From Candidatus Poribacteria bacterium (GTDB taxonomy: Bacteria > Poribacteria > WGA-4E > WGA-3G), in NCBI GenBank assembly GCA_964291315.2, contig OZ219751.1, positions 1 to 64,000 on the forward strand: a stretch of DNA of 64,000 nucleotides, written 5' to 3'. Below the pieces are notes generated by a model. The model was not told where the DNA came from. It saw only the letters and a list, made by a program, of their open reading frames with translations, and searched no databases. Positions 50,497-60,515 of this stretch are shown one piece after another (position 1 is the stretch's first letter; each line of letters starts with the position of its first letter). The translations under genes were made by a program, and so were the position numbers.

Positions 50497-53400
50497 TCAC
50501 GGAATTCTGACAACGACGATTGTCATATCGTCATACTGCTCTGCCTCGCCCACGAAGCTGCGGACATCCGCTACAACATGCTCAACGATTTCTGTTGCGT
50601 TGTAACCGTCAGGGATGCGTGAAATGGAGTCTTTTAAACGTTCAGTTCCGTACATTTCCTCCTTTTCATTGAGTGCCTCAATAAGACCGTCCGTATAAAA
50701 AATTAGAATATCGCCCTTACTTAAATCGACCGTCTCAGATTCATATCGCACCCTTTTCATACTGCCGAGAGGGAGATCGCTATTTTCAATCTCAATTATA
50801 TCGTCACCGCGCTTGAGAACGGGGTACGGTTGACCACCATTAGCATAATCGATTTGTCTCTTAGTTTCATCAAGAAGTGCAAGATTGAGCGCAATGAAGC
50901 TCGGTCCATACATACGCGGTGCTAATCCTGAATTGAGGTCGCTCAGAATGACAGCCGTATCAGATTTGAAACGTGAGATTTCGTACAACATTCCATTTGT
51001 TAGCACCGCATTCATCGCGCCTCGCAGGCCTTTTCCAGCGGCATCTGCTACCACTATTGCTGTTTGCCCATTCGCTACGGTAAGGTAATCGTAGAAGTCG
51101 CCACCTACTTGTGTCGCGGGCACCGACATTCCGGCCACATCAAACCCTTTCGTATCAGGTGCTTCTGTAGGCAGAAGCCCCATTTGGATATTCTGTGCTT
51201 CGTTCAGCTCAGCGCGAATACGGTTTATTTCCTTTTCTTCACTTTCACGCATTTGGTTACGTAACTGCACCGTGTGCCGTCTATTAACGATTAGACGGCC
51301 CAACAATGCAAAAACAACCGTGATAAAAATCAACGTCGGTAGATAAGTCCGCCAGCGTGTCCAGAAAGGTGCTTGAATATTAAAATCGACGACCGCCGGT
51401 GGATGTGTGTAGGGCCAGTCCTCTCGGAATGCCTTAACGAGGAAACTATAATTTCCAGCTTTCAAGCCGGTGTATCGGATGCGCAGTATACCGTTCCGAT
51501 TTTGAAGCCCCACTTTAACTCCGCTGTTACTCATGAGCTGCCCATCTGTTGATTCGGATGTAAGCGGACTCACCCATCCCTCAGATGAAGCATTGGGATT
51601 TGTTGTTAAAAAAGAAATCATTTCTGCCGAAACATGAGTCCACTTTTGTGTGCCCAATCCAAGCAATTTGAATTGGTATGAGAGCCCTTCCCTGAGCGGA
51701 CTAATCCCTTGCACATCAAAGGTAATATTTCTGCTACCGCGCGCCGGCAGCCCTAATTTAGATGAGAGCTGCGTGTAGGTTTTGTCAGCCTCTAAAGTAA
51801 TCAGCCGACAGCGTGGAAGTCCGCCGCGTGTAGGCGTATACTGTGTCGCTCCGCCTTCTGTAGCAAACCATAGGTCTTGATTTGTTGATTCATAAACTTT
51901 CGATATGTTGTTGTGGGCTAGCCGTTTTTGGTGGTACGTGTGTGGAAGGTTTCACCATCATATTGAACAATTCCCCCGCCTCTTGTTGCAAACCAGATAT
52001 TACCACTGCTATCCTCTATCACATCCGACACGTTGTTCACAAGGAATCCATCTTTTGTTGTGTATGTTGTCAGCTCTTTTCCATCATAGCGAACGGCTCC
52101 ACGGGATGTAGCTAACCAGAGGCTCCCATCCTTGGAAGTTAATGAAGCATTTACTGATGCAAGTTCAATATCTCGAGTCGTTATCAATTTTGTTCCTAAG
52201 TATGTCCTCAGAGCATTTGAAAAAAGAAAAGTTATCTCGTTATTCTGCTGTGTTGGATCCTTCCAAACCGCAAGTGGTGCTGAGCTTGACCCACCTTCAA
52301 GAGTGTGTGGAACGTAGAGTTCAGTCTCACTCCACATTATCAATTTTCCTGTTACTGCGTTGAAGTACCATTTTCCTGCTGTTGTGGATTTTAACAGGGT
52401 TGTTGCTTTAAGGGGGAGTATTTCTGGGACGATAGGCCGTGTTCTGGCTGTTAAGCGTTCCAGATTTTTGGGGTAACGTAGAACCTTTCCGTTCCCGAAG
52501 TGCACCCAGAGCCTATCATTGAGGTCTTTATATAGATCAGTAATAGGAGTTTCAGCTTGATCTATCTCGGTGGTTGTTCCAAACTGGAAACTCTTTATAG
52601 CCGAGACATATTGGTCTATCTCAGTAGTTGTTTCAAACAGAATTTGCTGGAGTTTGCCGAGTCTGCTATTCGTAAAGTGTAATAGTCCGGAAGTATCGGC
52701 TTTAAAAAGGTGTCCTCCGAAAGCGAGCCATCGGTGTTTTCCTTCTGTAAGGAGTACTTCAGGTTCGATGTTTGCTCCTTCTCCGCCGGGTCCGATTCGT
52801 GTTTTGATGGAGATAGTGACTTCATCGAATTTTCCATTTGCATATCGGAAGAAGGTATATCGGGTAGACCTCTGAGATCGTCTTGGATCTACAGAGTTCA
52901 CAAACCAGATGTGTCCATCAACTTCAAAAATTTTTGTAACTTCAGTTCGAAAACGCAACCGAGTTTGATCCCTGTCTGTAGCGTTGACTTGTGCTGATGG
53001 TGATCCATCTTGAGTCAAACCCAAGAGTAGTGAAGCTGTAGTCAGCTCTCCGAGCTCCGCGTTATAACGAGCAACACCTCCGCGAACACTAAACCAGAGA
53101 TAACCCCGACTGTCTTCATAGATCAGTCGCACTCTATGGTTGCCAAGACCGGCATGGGTACTGATAGCCGGAATCGGATCGAACGCCATTACACCGTTAT
53201 TGTGTCCAAACCACAATTTACCGTCAACAGCTTCAAAAATCGTGTGGATATGATCGTTTTCGAGACCGCTGCTGGCAGTATAAGAAATTGGCTCAAGATC
53301 AGCATTATACTGCTGTGGACCCTTTTCATTAGTGAACCATAAATTACCCCAGGCATCTTCAGCTTCAAGAAATCCTGATAGGTTTTCGTGTGTGCGTAAT

Positions 53401-54650
53401 CGTGAGCCGTCCCACCATCTTGTGGTATATTCGTCGCTGAACCAGACGCGTCCTTGGCTATCGCTCTGAATTGTAGGGGTTTTCCGATTCATAGCTGTTT
53501 CGTGAAGGGCTGATATTGAACGTCGTCTGGCACGTTTGCGGTTGCGTTTCCGATTTATAGTTGTTTCCTGAGGGGTGCTTGAGGCGGAGCTTTTATACCG
53601 GGAAGTTGCGGGGAGAATCTGCTCAAAGTTTTTTCTGTCAAAACGTAGAAGGAGGTTGTAGCCACCGAACCAAAGGTTCCCTGAGTTATCTTCGGCAATT
53701 GCTGTGATTCCTCCCGGAGTGTGAAAGTTTGAGGGCTGGTAACGTACAACCTTCTGTCCATCTGATGCAACTGTGGTTTTTACAACGCGAAAGTTTTCAG
53801 CATCGTAACGTACAAACCCGCTGCGTGCTTGCGTGTGCGGTGTGCTGTCGTCTGTTTTGTTCGTTGTTTCGCGGCTTAGCGTTTCGTTTCCCTGATGACT
53901 TTCTCGGAAGCTCAGGATAACTCCTATTTGTTGATTTTCGCCTACACTTCCGCCGAGCCACAGTGTTCCGTCTTTACTTTCGAAGATAACGTTGATGGTC
54001 AAATATGTTGAACCGAGTAAATCTTCGCCTATAATTTCGTTGGGTTGTGCTTGTGGTGGGTGTTGGGTATCTGCAACATATTTCGTCAGTCGCTGTTTTC
54101 CTCCAACCCATATGTTCCCTAGGTGATCGGCAATCAGTGAGTTGCCATTGCCGATTAGACTGATTGAGTTGCCATCGAATCGGCTCACTCGTCCTATTCT
54201 TTCTGAGGGTACTCGTGTGAGGAACCATATGTATCCCCACTTATCCTCAACGATTTGTAGGGTTTGTCCAAGTAGTGCCCCGGGGCCCACTTTGGCAGAG
54301 AGCAATTCCGAGGGGTTTAAAGACCCATAATACGGTTCAAAGGTGTTTCCATCAAAGCGACTGACCCCATTTTGATCAGAACCGAACCAGAGGTTCCCGC
54401 GGCTGTCCTGGAAAATAACAGGAACGACGGGCCCCACCAAACCATCAGCAACAGTGTAAGTTTGTATCTGCTCAGCGTGAGTATCAAAATAAGCAGAAAT
54501 TGCAACAAAAACTACACTAAAGATAAGCATCAAAATTTTTGCTGGAGCCGGTAAGTTTATGAAACTTGCTAAACGAAGGTTAGGGGTTGCCATAAGCTTT
54601 GTGTGCTCTAAGATCATTTTATCGTTTTGTCGCCTAGAGGTACGAGTCAA
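50497..54650 (-). CDS. Two-component-regulator beta-propeller sensor with Y_Y_Y domain, TM and SpoIIE/PP2C phosphatase, frameshifted near 51921
   Basis: Repeated EDS.G.LWF blades; one extra G gives KNGLAHNNISKV continuing to Y..L..G.Y.F.V.A, PFW, TM, GGDFYD, ADAAGKG, YTDG and DDMT. Confidence 0.85.
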
Positions 54651-54767
54651 AAATTCTCTGTGTCAGGCGCTATCTTCTGAGCGCTCCGTCCATTGTTGCT
54701 TTGAGTGGAAATTTGGCTTATAGGTTTTTTGTATAAATAGCATTGATACAAGAGCGTCATCTAATGG

Positions 54768-55943
54768 TTAGTGCGCGAAATCGCGAATCCGTGAAATTGC
54801 CTCATCGATTACCGGGTCCGGATACGTAAGCGAGATCCGGCAATAGCCCTCGCTCCATTGACCGTATCCTATCCCTGGTGTCAACACAACCCCGACCTCT
54901 TCGAGGAGTGCTGTTGCAAAGGCACGGCTTGAACCTTCGAAACGTGGTGGAACAGGAGCCCAAATATAAATTGTCGCCTTCGGTTTTTCTAGATCCCATC
55001 CGCTATCTGTAAGTGCGTCTACTACCATATCTCGTCGTCGCTGATAGATGGCATTTATTGCGGGTGTGACTTCGTCTGCCACGGAGAGCGCCTTTGCACC
55101 CGCGAATTGAAGAGCACGGAGTGAACCGTTGTCTATGTTATCCTTAACAGTCTTAATAGCACCTACAGCGGTTGGATTACCTACGACAAAGCCCAATCTC
55201 CACCCTGTCATATTAAACGCTTTACTCAGCGAAAAGAATTCAACGGCTACTTCAGCAGCTCCCTCTACCTGCAATATACTCGGTGCCTTGTATCCATCGT
55301 AAGTGTTTTCACTGTAGGCGTTGTCGTGTGCAATGAGAATATTGTTTTCCCGTCCGAATTCCACCGCACGCTCGAAAAAATCGAGGTCTGCGGTCGCTGT
55401 TGTCGGATTGTTCGGATAGTTGATCCAGAGGACTTTAGCAAGCCGTTTTATCTCATCAGGAATAGCATCAAAATCGACATAGAAATTGTTTTCTCGGAGA
55501 AGTGGCGCATAATAAGTCGTCGCACTTGCAAAAACGTGTCCGATATTGTAAGTAGGATAGCCGGGACTTGCAGCGATACCAATATCACCGGGGTTCAGTA
55601 TGCCCAATGCTAGTTTGACAATAGCATCTTTACTTCCGAGTGTTATCACAACTTGATCTTCCGATAACGCAACACCGTAGCGCCGTTGATAAAAACTCAA
55701 AACTGCCTCTGAAAAGTCGGCAACTGGATTGTCGCACCCATAACGGTGGCGGTCGGGGTCTTTCAGGTTTTGGATTGCGTATGTGAGACTTTCGACGATC
55801 GGATCTGGGGTCGAAACATCGGGATCACCGATTCCGAGGCTAATTACATCAACGCCTCTTGCTTGTGCTGCCTGCATCTTTTGGCGCAGTTCCACGAAAA
55901 GATAGGGGGGAAGTTTCTGTAACCTTTCTGCGATTGTAATCAA
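54768..55943 (-). CDS. dapL: LL-diaminopimelate aminotransferase
   Basis: LPPYLF, ISLGIGDPD, GSK, NYPNNPT, HDNAY and SLSKAFNMTGWRLG motifs; near dapB. Confidence 0.8.
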   Translation of the reverse strand: MITIAERLQKLPPYLFVELRQKMQAAQARGVDVISLGIGDPDVSTPDPIVESLTYAIQNLKDPDRHRYGCDNPVADFSEAVLSFYQRRYGVALSEDQVVITLGSKDAIVKLALGILNPGDIGIAASPGYPTYNIGHVFASATTYYAPLLRENNFYVDFDAIPDEIKRLAKVLWINYPNNPTTATADLDFFERAVEFGRENNILIAHDNAYSENTYDGYKAPSILQVEGAAEVAVEFFSLSKAFNMTGWRLGFVVGNPTAVGAIKTVKDNIDNGSLRALQFAGAKALSVADEVTPAINAIYQRRRDMVVDALTDSGWDLEKPKATIYIWAPVPPRFEGSSRAFATALLEEVGVVLTPGIGYGQWSEGYCRISLTYPDPVIDEAISRIRDFAH

Positions 55944-56034
55944 AATTGATCTCCTAATTACACTTTTTCACAATACACATCACTTAAAATCATGTGTAAA
56001 GGTAAAGAATTTAAAAAATATTTGAGTTGAAGGA

Positions 56035-56319
56035 TTGCCTGCTGGGTATCACTAAGGTTTTCCATAACATTTGGATAAAGTACATACTTTGACTACCCAT
56101 AACCAACGCTATAACAGTAATAGAGCGTCGGCCGCGGTTTGCCAGAAACGTTGATAACAGAACCTTACCTTGTGTTAGTGCCTCGATAAAAAATAATAGC
56201 GTCTACTGCCCGGGCAGGAATCCGTGTCGATACAGGATCTTCATTCGGATGACTGCCGCAAGGTTTATGGAAATTGCTCTTATGCGTCTCCGGTATAGCA
56301 GCAAAGCAGCCGCCTTTTA
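56035..56319 (-). ncRNA. Candidate structured leader RNA upstream of dapL
   Basis: Several hairpins whose G-U pairs favour the minus strand, long-range TTTCCATAA/TTATGGAAA helix, downstream of a promoter. Confidence 0.4.
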
Positions 56320-56325
56320 CATCAC

Positions 56326-56354
56326 AATCTAACAAATGAAGCCTTGCAAGTCAA
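56326..56354 (-). promoter_or_regulatory. Sigma70-type promoter ~375 nt upstream of dapL
   Basis: TTGACT-N17-TAGATT with extended -10 TG. Confidence 0.6.
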
Positions 56355-56413
56355 ATAAATATTTCTGTCCGTAGATCATGCTGTTCGCCCTTTGATGTGG
56401 ACCTCATTAACAA

Positions 56414-58513
56414 TTATCGAACGGCTTCATATTTAAGAATGGTTCCGTTTTGACCAACTACCCAACCGTTGTTTAAGTTGCTTACATAAATGGCCTTCAA
56501 GTCTGTTCGGGTATCTGTCCGCTGTGGTCTCCAATTTTGTCCACCGTTCTTTGTGTGTAGGACCAGCCCTTCCTTTCCGGCAATCCAACCAGCTGTTTCA
56601 GATAAAAAAAATACATCGTCGAGGAAATTAGCTGTATAACTCTCTTGGCGTTGCCATGTTTTCCCCGCGTTATCTGTGTGGAGAATCAAACCATCCATAC
56701 CCAAACTGCGCATATCTAGTCCAACCACCCATCCTTTGTCTGCCGTGACAAAAGTGACAGCGTCTAAGAGAAAGAATGGGTGGCTCCTGCTGATAGAGGC
56801 AAGCTGCCAATAGATACCCCCGTCGAGTGTAGAAAGAATAGTACCGTTCATTCCGACTGCCCAACCGCGCTGCTTTGACGTAAAGTGAACGTCAAAGAGG
56901 TTCCAAGTCGTCCCACTCTCTTGGCGTTGCCATGTTTTCCCTCCATTATTTGTATGGATGATTTCCCCACCACTCCCCACGCACCATCCTGTTTCTTCAT
57001 CCACAAAAAAAACAGCGAGTAGCTCTTGTTCAGTTCCAGAGGCTTGACGTTGCCAGACGCTTCCACCGTTTGCGGTATACAAAACTACCCCGGCTTCTGC
57101 AACTGCCCACCCTTTCTCTGGGGACACGAAGTACGTAGCGCCGAAACATTCGGTCGTCCGACTATCCTGTGCATCCCAGACAAATCCGCCATCCTTCGTT
57201 CGTAGAATAGCACCACGATCGCCGACAACATATCCTTCCTTTGAAGAGACAGCGCAGACATCCATAAGGAGATGACTCGGATTTGACTGTGATTCCCAGG
57301 TTATACCACCGTTCCGAGTATGTAAGATTGTGCCATTTTCACCGACCGCCCACCCCAGCTGTTTAGAGATAAAGTCAACACCTAACAAGACAGCATCTGC
57401 ACTGTTGTGGAAACGCGGGCCTCCGCGTTGATGTTTCCACTTGCCTTTCCCGCGGGACGAAGTGTGAAGAATAACCCCTAAGTCGCCAACAATCCAACCA
57501 TTTTGGGAATCCGTAAAATCGATATCATAAAGTGTAAAGGTGTGTAACGGTTCATTGCCAAGATACTCCGGTTGTCCATAACTACTTCTATGTCGTTGAT
57601 TGCTACCATCTGTGACGAATTCCCAGGTTTCTCCGCTGTTGGTTGTTGAAAAAACGCTCCGTTGATCGCCCACAACCCAGCCTGTCTGTTTGTCTATAAA
57701 GTAAACATCGAAAAGAGCTTGCTCTGTTGAGAATTGTATTTCCCAAGTTTCCCCTCCATCGGTTGTTCTATAGATGTAACCGGAGGGGTTACCGGTTAAT
57801 GGCAAAGACGGTTCTTCGCGCTTCGACAGAACGCGAGCAGCTCCGAAGTTTGCTTCTGACGTTGGTGTATTATAGGTGATAATCCATCCCTGATTTTCGT
57901 CTACAAAGTGAACCCCTTTTAGGGATTTTCTACCAAACACGCTCCCGTCAGCTTTAATAAAGGTCTTTCCGCCATCGATTGTTTTGAGCAGTGTTCCCCA
58001 ATCTCCAACTATCCAGCCTACAACTTCTCCTATAAACATGGCGTGTAGATTATCTTCTGTACCCGTTTCAATGGAGTGCCATGTCTGCCCACCATCGATG
58101 GTATGGATGAGCACACCACTTTCTCCGAGGCACCATCCCTCTAAGGCAGAACGAAAATAGACATTACGCAGAGGTTTACCGAAAACGCCACTGTTCTGTT
58201 TCTGCCATGTCTGCCCACCATCGATAGTATGGATGATTAAGCTCTCAGATTCTTCTATAAGATCTAAACCTGGGACCACATCTATCGCATTGCCCACGAT
58301 CCAGCCCTGCTTTTCAGAAATAAAGTGGACATCGTAGAGGTGCGAGCTCCAGTCACCTTCCATAACCGTTTTCCATTCGTACCGTATCTGCCGCTTAGAT
58401 GCACTGTTCTCACAGCCCGCGATAGGTAGGATAATTATGAGCAGGAAAATAAAACATCTATTGGTTATCAGGAGACAGCCATCAATTAATCGGAGTAGCT
58501 GTATATTGTGCAC
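56414..58513 (-). CDS. YCF48-like BNR-repeat beta-propeller lipoprotein (start uncertain)
   Basis: Many GW.VG..G.IL.T.DGG.TW repeats; lipobox-like IAGC after a hydrophobic stretch. Confidence 0.85.
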   Translation of the reverse strand: MHNIQLLRLIDGCLLITNRCFIFLLIIILPIAGCENSASKRQIRYEWKTVMEGDWSSHLYDVHFISEKQGWIVGNAIDVVPGLDLIEESESLIIHTIDGGQTWQKQNSGVFGKPLRNVYFRSALEGWCLGESGVLIHTIDGGQTWHSIETGTEDNLHAMFIGEVVGWIVGDWGTLLKTIDGGKTFIKADGSVFGRKSLKGVHFVDENQGWIITYNTPTSEANFGAARVLSKREEPSLPLTGNPSGYIYRTTDGGETWEIQFSTEQALFDVYFIDKQTGWVVGDQRSVFSTTNSGETWEFVTDGSNQRHRSSYGQPEYLGNEPLHTFTLYDIDFTDSQNGWIVGDLGVILHTSSRGKGKWKHQRGGPRFHNSADAVLLGVDFISKQLGWAVGENGTILHTRNGGITWESQSNPSHLLMDVCAVSSKEGYVVGDRGAILRTKDGGFVWDAQDSRTTECFGATYFVSPEKGWAVAEAGVVLYTANGGSVWQRQASGTEQELLAVFFVDEETGWCVGSGGEIIHTNNGGKTWQRQESGTTWNLFDVHFTSKQRGWAVGMNGTILSTLDGGIYWQLASISRSHPFFLLDAVTFVTADKGWVVGLDMRSLGMDGLILHTDNAGKTWQRQESYTANFLDDVFFLSETAGWIAGKEGLVLHTKNGGQNWRPQRTDTRTDLKAIYVSNLNNGWVVGQNGTILKYEAVR

Positions 58514-58565
58514 ATACGACAAACATCTCTTCAACTCAAGACTGATAACTGATAACTGATAACCG

Positions 58566-59366
58566 TTAACAAAGAATTTTGCTGACATCGTGCAAACCTT
58601 TAGGAGCATTGAGGACCCACCTTGCCGCGCGGATCCCCCCTTTGGCAAATGCGTCCCTATTGTGAGATCGATGGACGATTCTTAATTGTTCATCCTCAGT
58701 TGTAAAAAGCACGGTGTGATCACCTGCAATATCCCCGCCGCGAACCGCGTAAATTCCAATCTCTTTCTCAGGTCTCACACTAGCCATACCGTGATGATCG
58801 TGGACATCTACTTCCAGTAAATCACGTCCCAAGGCTATGGCGACGGTTTCTGCGAGACGGAGTGCGGTTCCACTCGGTGCATCTACTTTGTGGTTGTGAT
58901 GTGCCTCTATTACTTCAATATTGTAATCGTCTCCGAGGGCTTTTGCAATTAATTCTAATGCTTGGATCATTACATTGATGCCCAAGCTCATATTTGGTGC
59001 CATCACGCAGCGAATCTTGGATGCCAATTCTTTAACAGTTACCAATTCATCAGAACTGAAACCTGTTGTTCCAATAACTATCGCTTTGCCCGCCGCTACA
59101 ACTTGTCGGAGATATTGCACAGATGCTTCAGGTTTTGAGAAATCGATGAAAACATCTGCGTTTTCAAGCACATCCTCAAGTTCACCCCTTACAGTTACTC
59201 CAATCTCGTCAATACCTACGACAACTCCAACATCAGTCCCAACTTGTGGATGTCCTGTGTATTGGATAGCCCCAGTAAGTTCCATGTCAACTTGTTGGGA
59301 AATGCTTTGCGTAATGCATTGACCCATACGACCACAGACTCCAATGATAGCTACACGAATCATCAC
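58566..59366 (-). CDS. dapB: 4-hydroxy-tetrahydrodipicolinate reductase, divergent second copy
   Basis: G.CGRMG, IDFS, GTTG, APNMSLG and EAHHNHKVDAPSGTA motifs. Confidence 0.85.
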   Translation of the reverse strand: MMIRVAIIGVCGRMGQCITQSISQQVDMELTGAIQYTGHPQVGTDVGVVVGIDEIGVTVRGELEDVLENADVFIDFSKPEASVQYLRQVVAAGKAIVIGTTGFSSDELVTVKELASKIRCVMAPNMSLGINVMIQALELIAKALGDDYNIEVIEAHHNHKVDAPSGTALRLAETVAIALGRDLLEVDVHDHHGMASVRPEKEIGIYAVRGGDIAGDHTVLFTTEDEQLRIVHRSHNRDAFAKGGIRAARWVLNAPKGLHDVSKILC

Positions 59367-59393
59367 AAGTTTACTTAAAGATACGATTCGTCC

Positions 59394-60200
59394 TTACTGT
59401 TTTTCGAAAAGAACTTTACTGACATCGTGCAAACCTTTAGGAGCATTGAGGACCCACCTTGCCGCGCGGATCGCCCCTTTAGCGAACGCTTCTGGGCTGT
59501 GTGCACGATGGACGACTTTTAATTGTTCACCCTCAGTTACAAATAACACGGTATGATCGCCCGCAATATCACCGCCGCGAACCGCGTGGATGCCAATTTC
59601 CTGTTGCGTCCGCGCCCCAACAATACCGCGACGCCCGTAAACACCTGCTTCTACTAAATCACGTCCCAAGGCTATGGCGACGGTTTCTGCGAGACGGAGT
59701 GCGGTTCCACTCGGTGCATCTACTTTGTGGTTGTGATGTGCCTCTATTACTTCAATATTGTAATCGTCTCCGAGGGCTTTTGCAATTAATTCTAATGCTT
59801 GGATCATTACATTGATGCCCAAGCTCATATTTGGTGCCATCACGCAGCGAATCTCGGATGCCAGTTCTTTAACGGTTGCAAGCTCATCAGGGTTGTAACC
59901 GGTTGTGGCGATTACCATGGCTTTATCTGCATTAACAGCTTGCCGGAGGTGCTGCAAGGTTGCTTCTGGATTCGAGAACTCGATGACGACATCCGCTCTT
60001 TCAAGTACATCTTCAAGTTCACTTGTAATCGTCACGCCAGTTTCACCAATGCCCGCCACAACTCCAACATCAGTCCCGATTTGCGGGTGTTTAGGGTATT
60101 CAATCGCCCCAACAAGTTTCATATCATCTTGTTGAGCGATCCCTTGGGTAATGAGCCGACCCATACGACCACATGCCCCATTAATAATTACATGAATCAT
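59394..60200 (-). CDS. dapB: 4-hydroxy-tetrahydrodipicolinate reductase
   Basis: GACGRMG, APNMSLG, EAHHNHKVDAPSGTA, GR.G..G.R and IGIHAVRGGDI.G.H motifs; ORF extends to a GTG at 60224. Confidence 0.92.
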   Translation of the reverse strand: MIHVIINGACGRMGRLITQGIAQQDDMKLVGAIEYPKHPQIGTDVGVVAGIGETGVTITSELEDVLERADVVIEFSNPEATLQHLRQAVNADKAMVIATTGYNPDELATVKELASEIRCVMAPNMSLGINVMIQALELIAKALGDDYNIEVIEAHHNHKVDAPSGTALRLAETVAIALGRDLVEAGVYGRRGIVGARTQQEIGIHAVRGGDIAGDHTVLFVTEGEQLKVVHRAHSPEAFAKGAIRAARWVLNAPKGLHDVSKVLFEKQ

Positions 60201-60515
60201 TTTTTTTCTTTTAACTTTGTTCACCGTTTCATGTTATTTCACGGTGGCTTTCAGTTAATTCCAGCTCCCTCTTGGTAAAAAAGATTACTTAATGGCTATT
60301 GGTTGTCAAGAGAAGGTAAGCGGTCGAGAACGGTTGTGATGCCTACAACCAGTTCAAGTTACTGACTGCTAACAACTGATAACCATTTTTATTTCAAGTT
60401 TAGCAAGTACGCTAGTTTCTATAGTCTTGTCCGTACATCAGCCATATATCAGGAATGGATACCTTAGGCCTTAATTTATCAAAAATCAGATTTTATGTAA
60501 ACAGGAAAAGACCTT

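Noticed and set aside
49410-51930. Programmed ribosomal frameshifting in the split genes
   Set aside because: No slippery heptamers or stimulatory structures; all breaks are one-base losses in short runs, best explained as sequencing error
56035-56319. Canonical lysine riboswitch, T-box, tmRNA or RNase P RNA
   Set aside because: Diagnostic motifs (AGAGG/GCCGAA, T-box sequence, tRNA-like ends, GAGGAAAGTCC) are absent
57000-58230. Internal nucleotide repeats in the YCF48-like gene as a mobile or variable cassette
   Set aside because: Explained by ordinary BNR propeller blade repeats
58514-58648. N-terminal extension of the YCF48-like ORF
   Set aside because: Overlaps dapB and crosses a heptamer repeat; the lipoprotein signal lies further downstream
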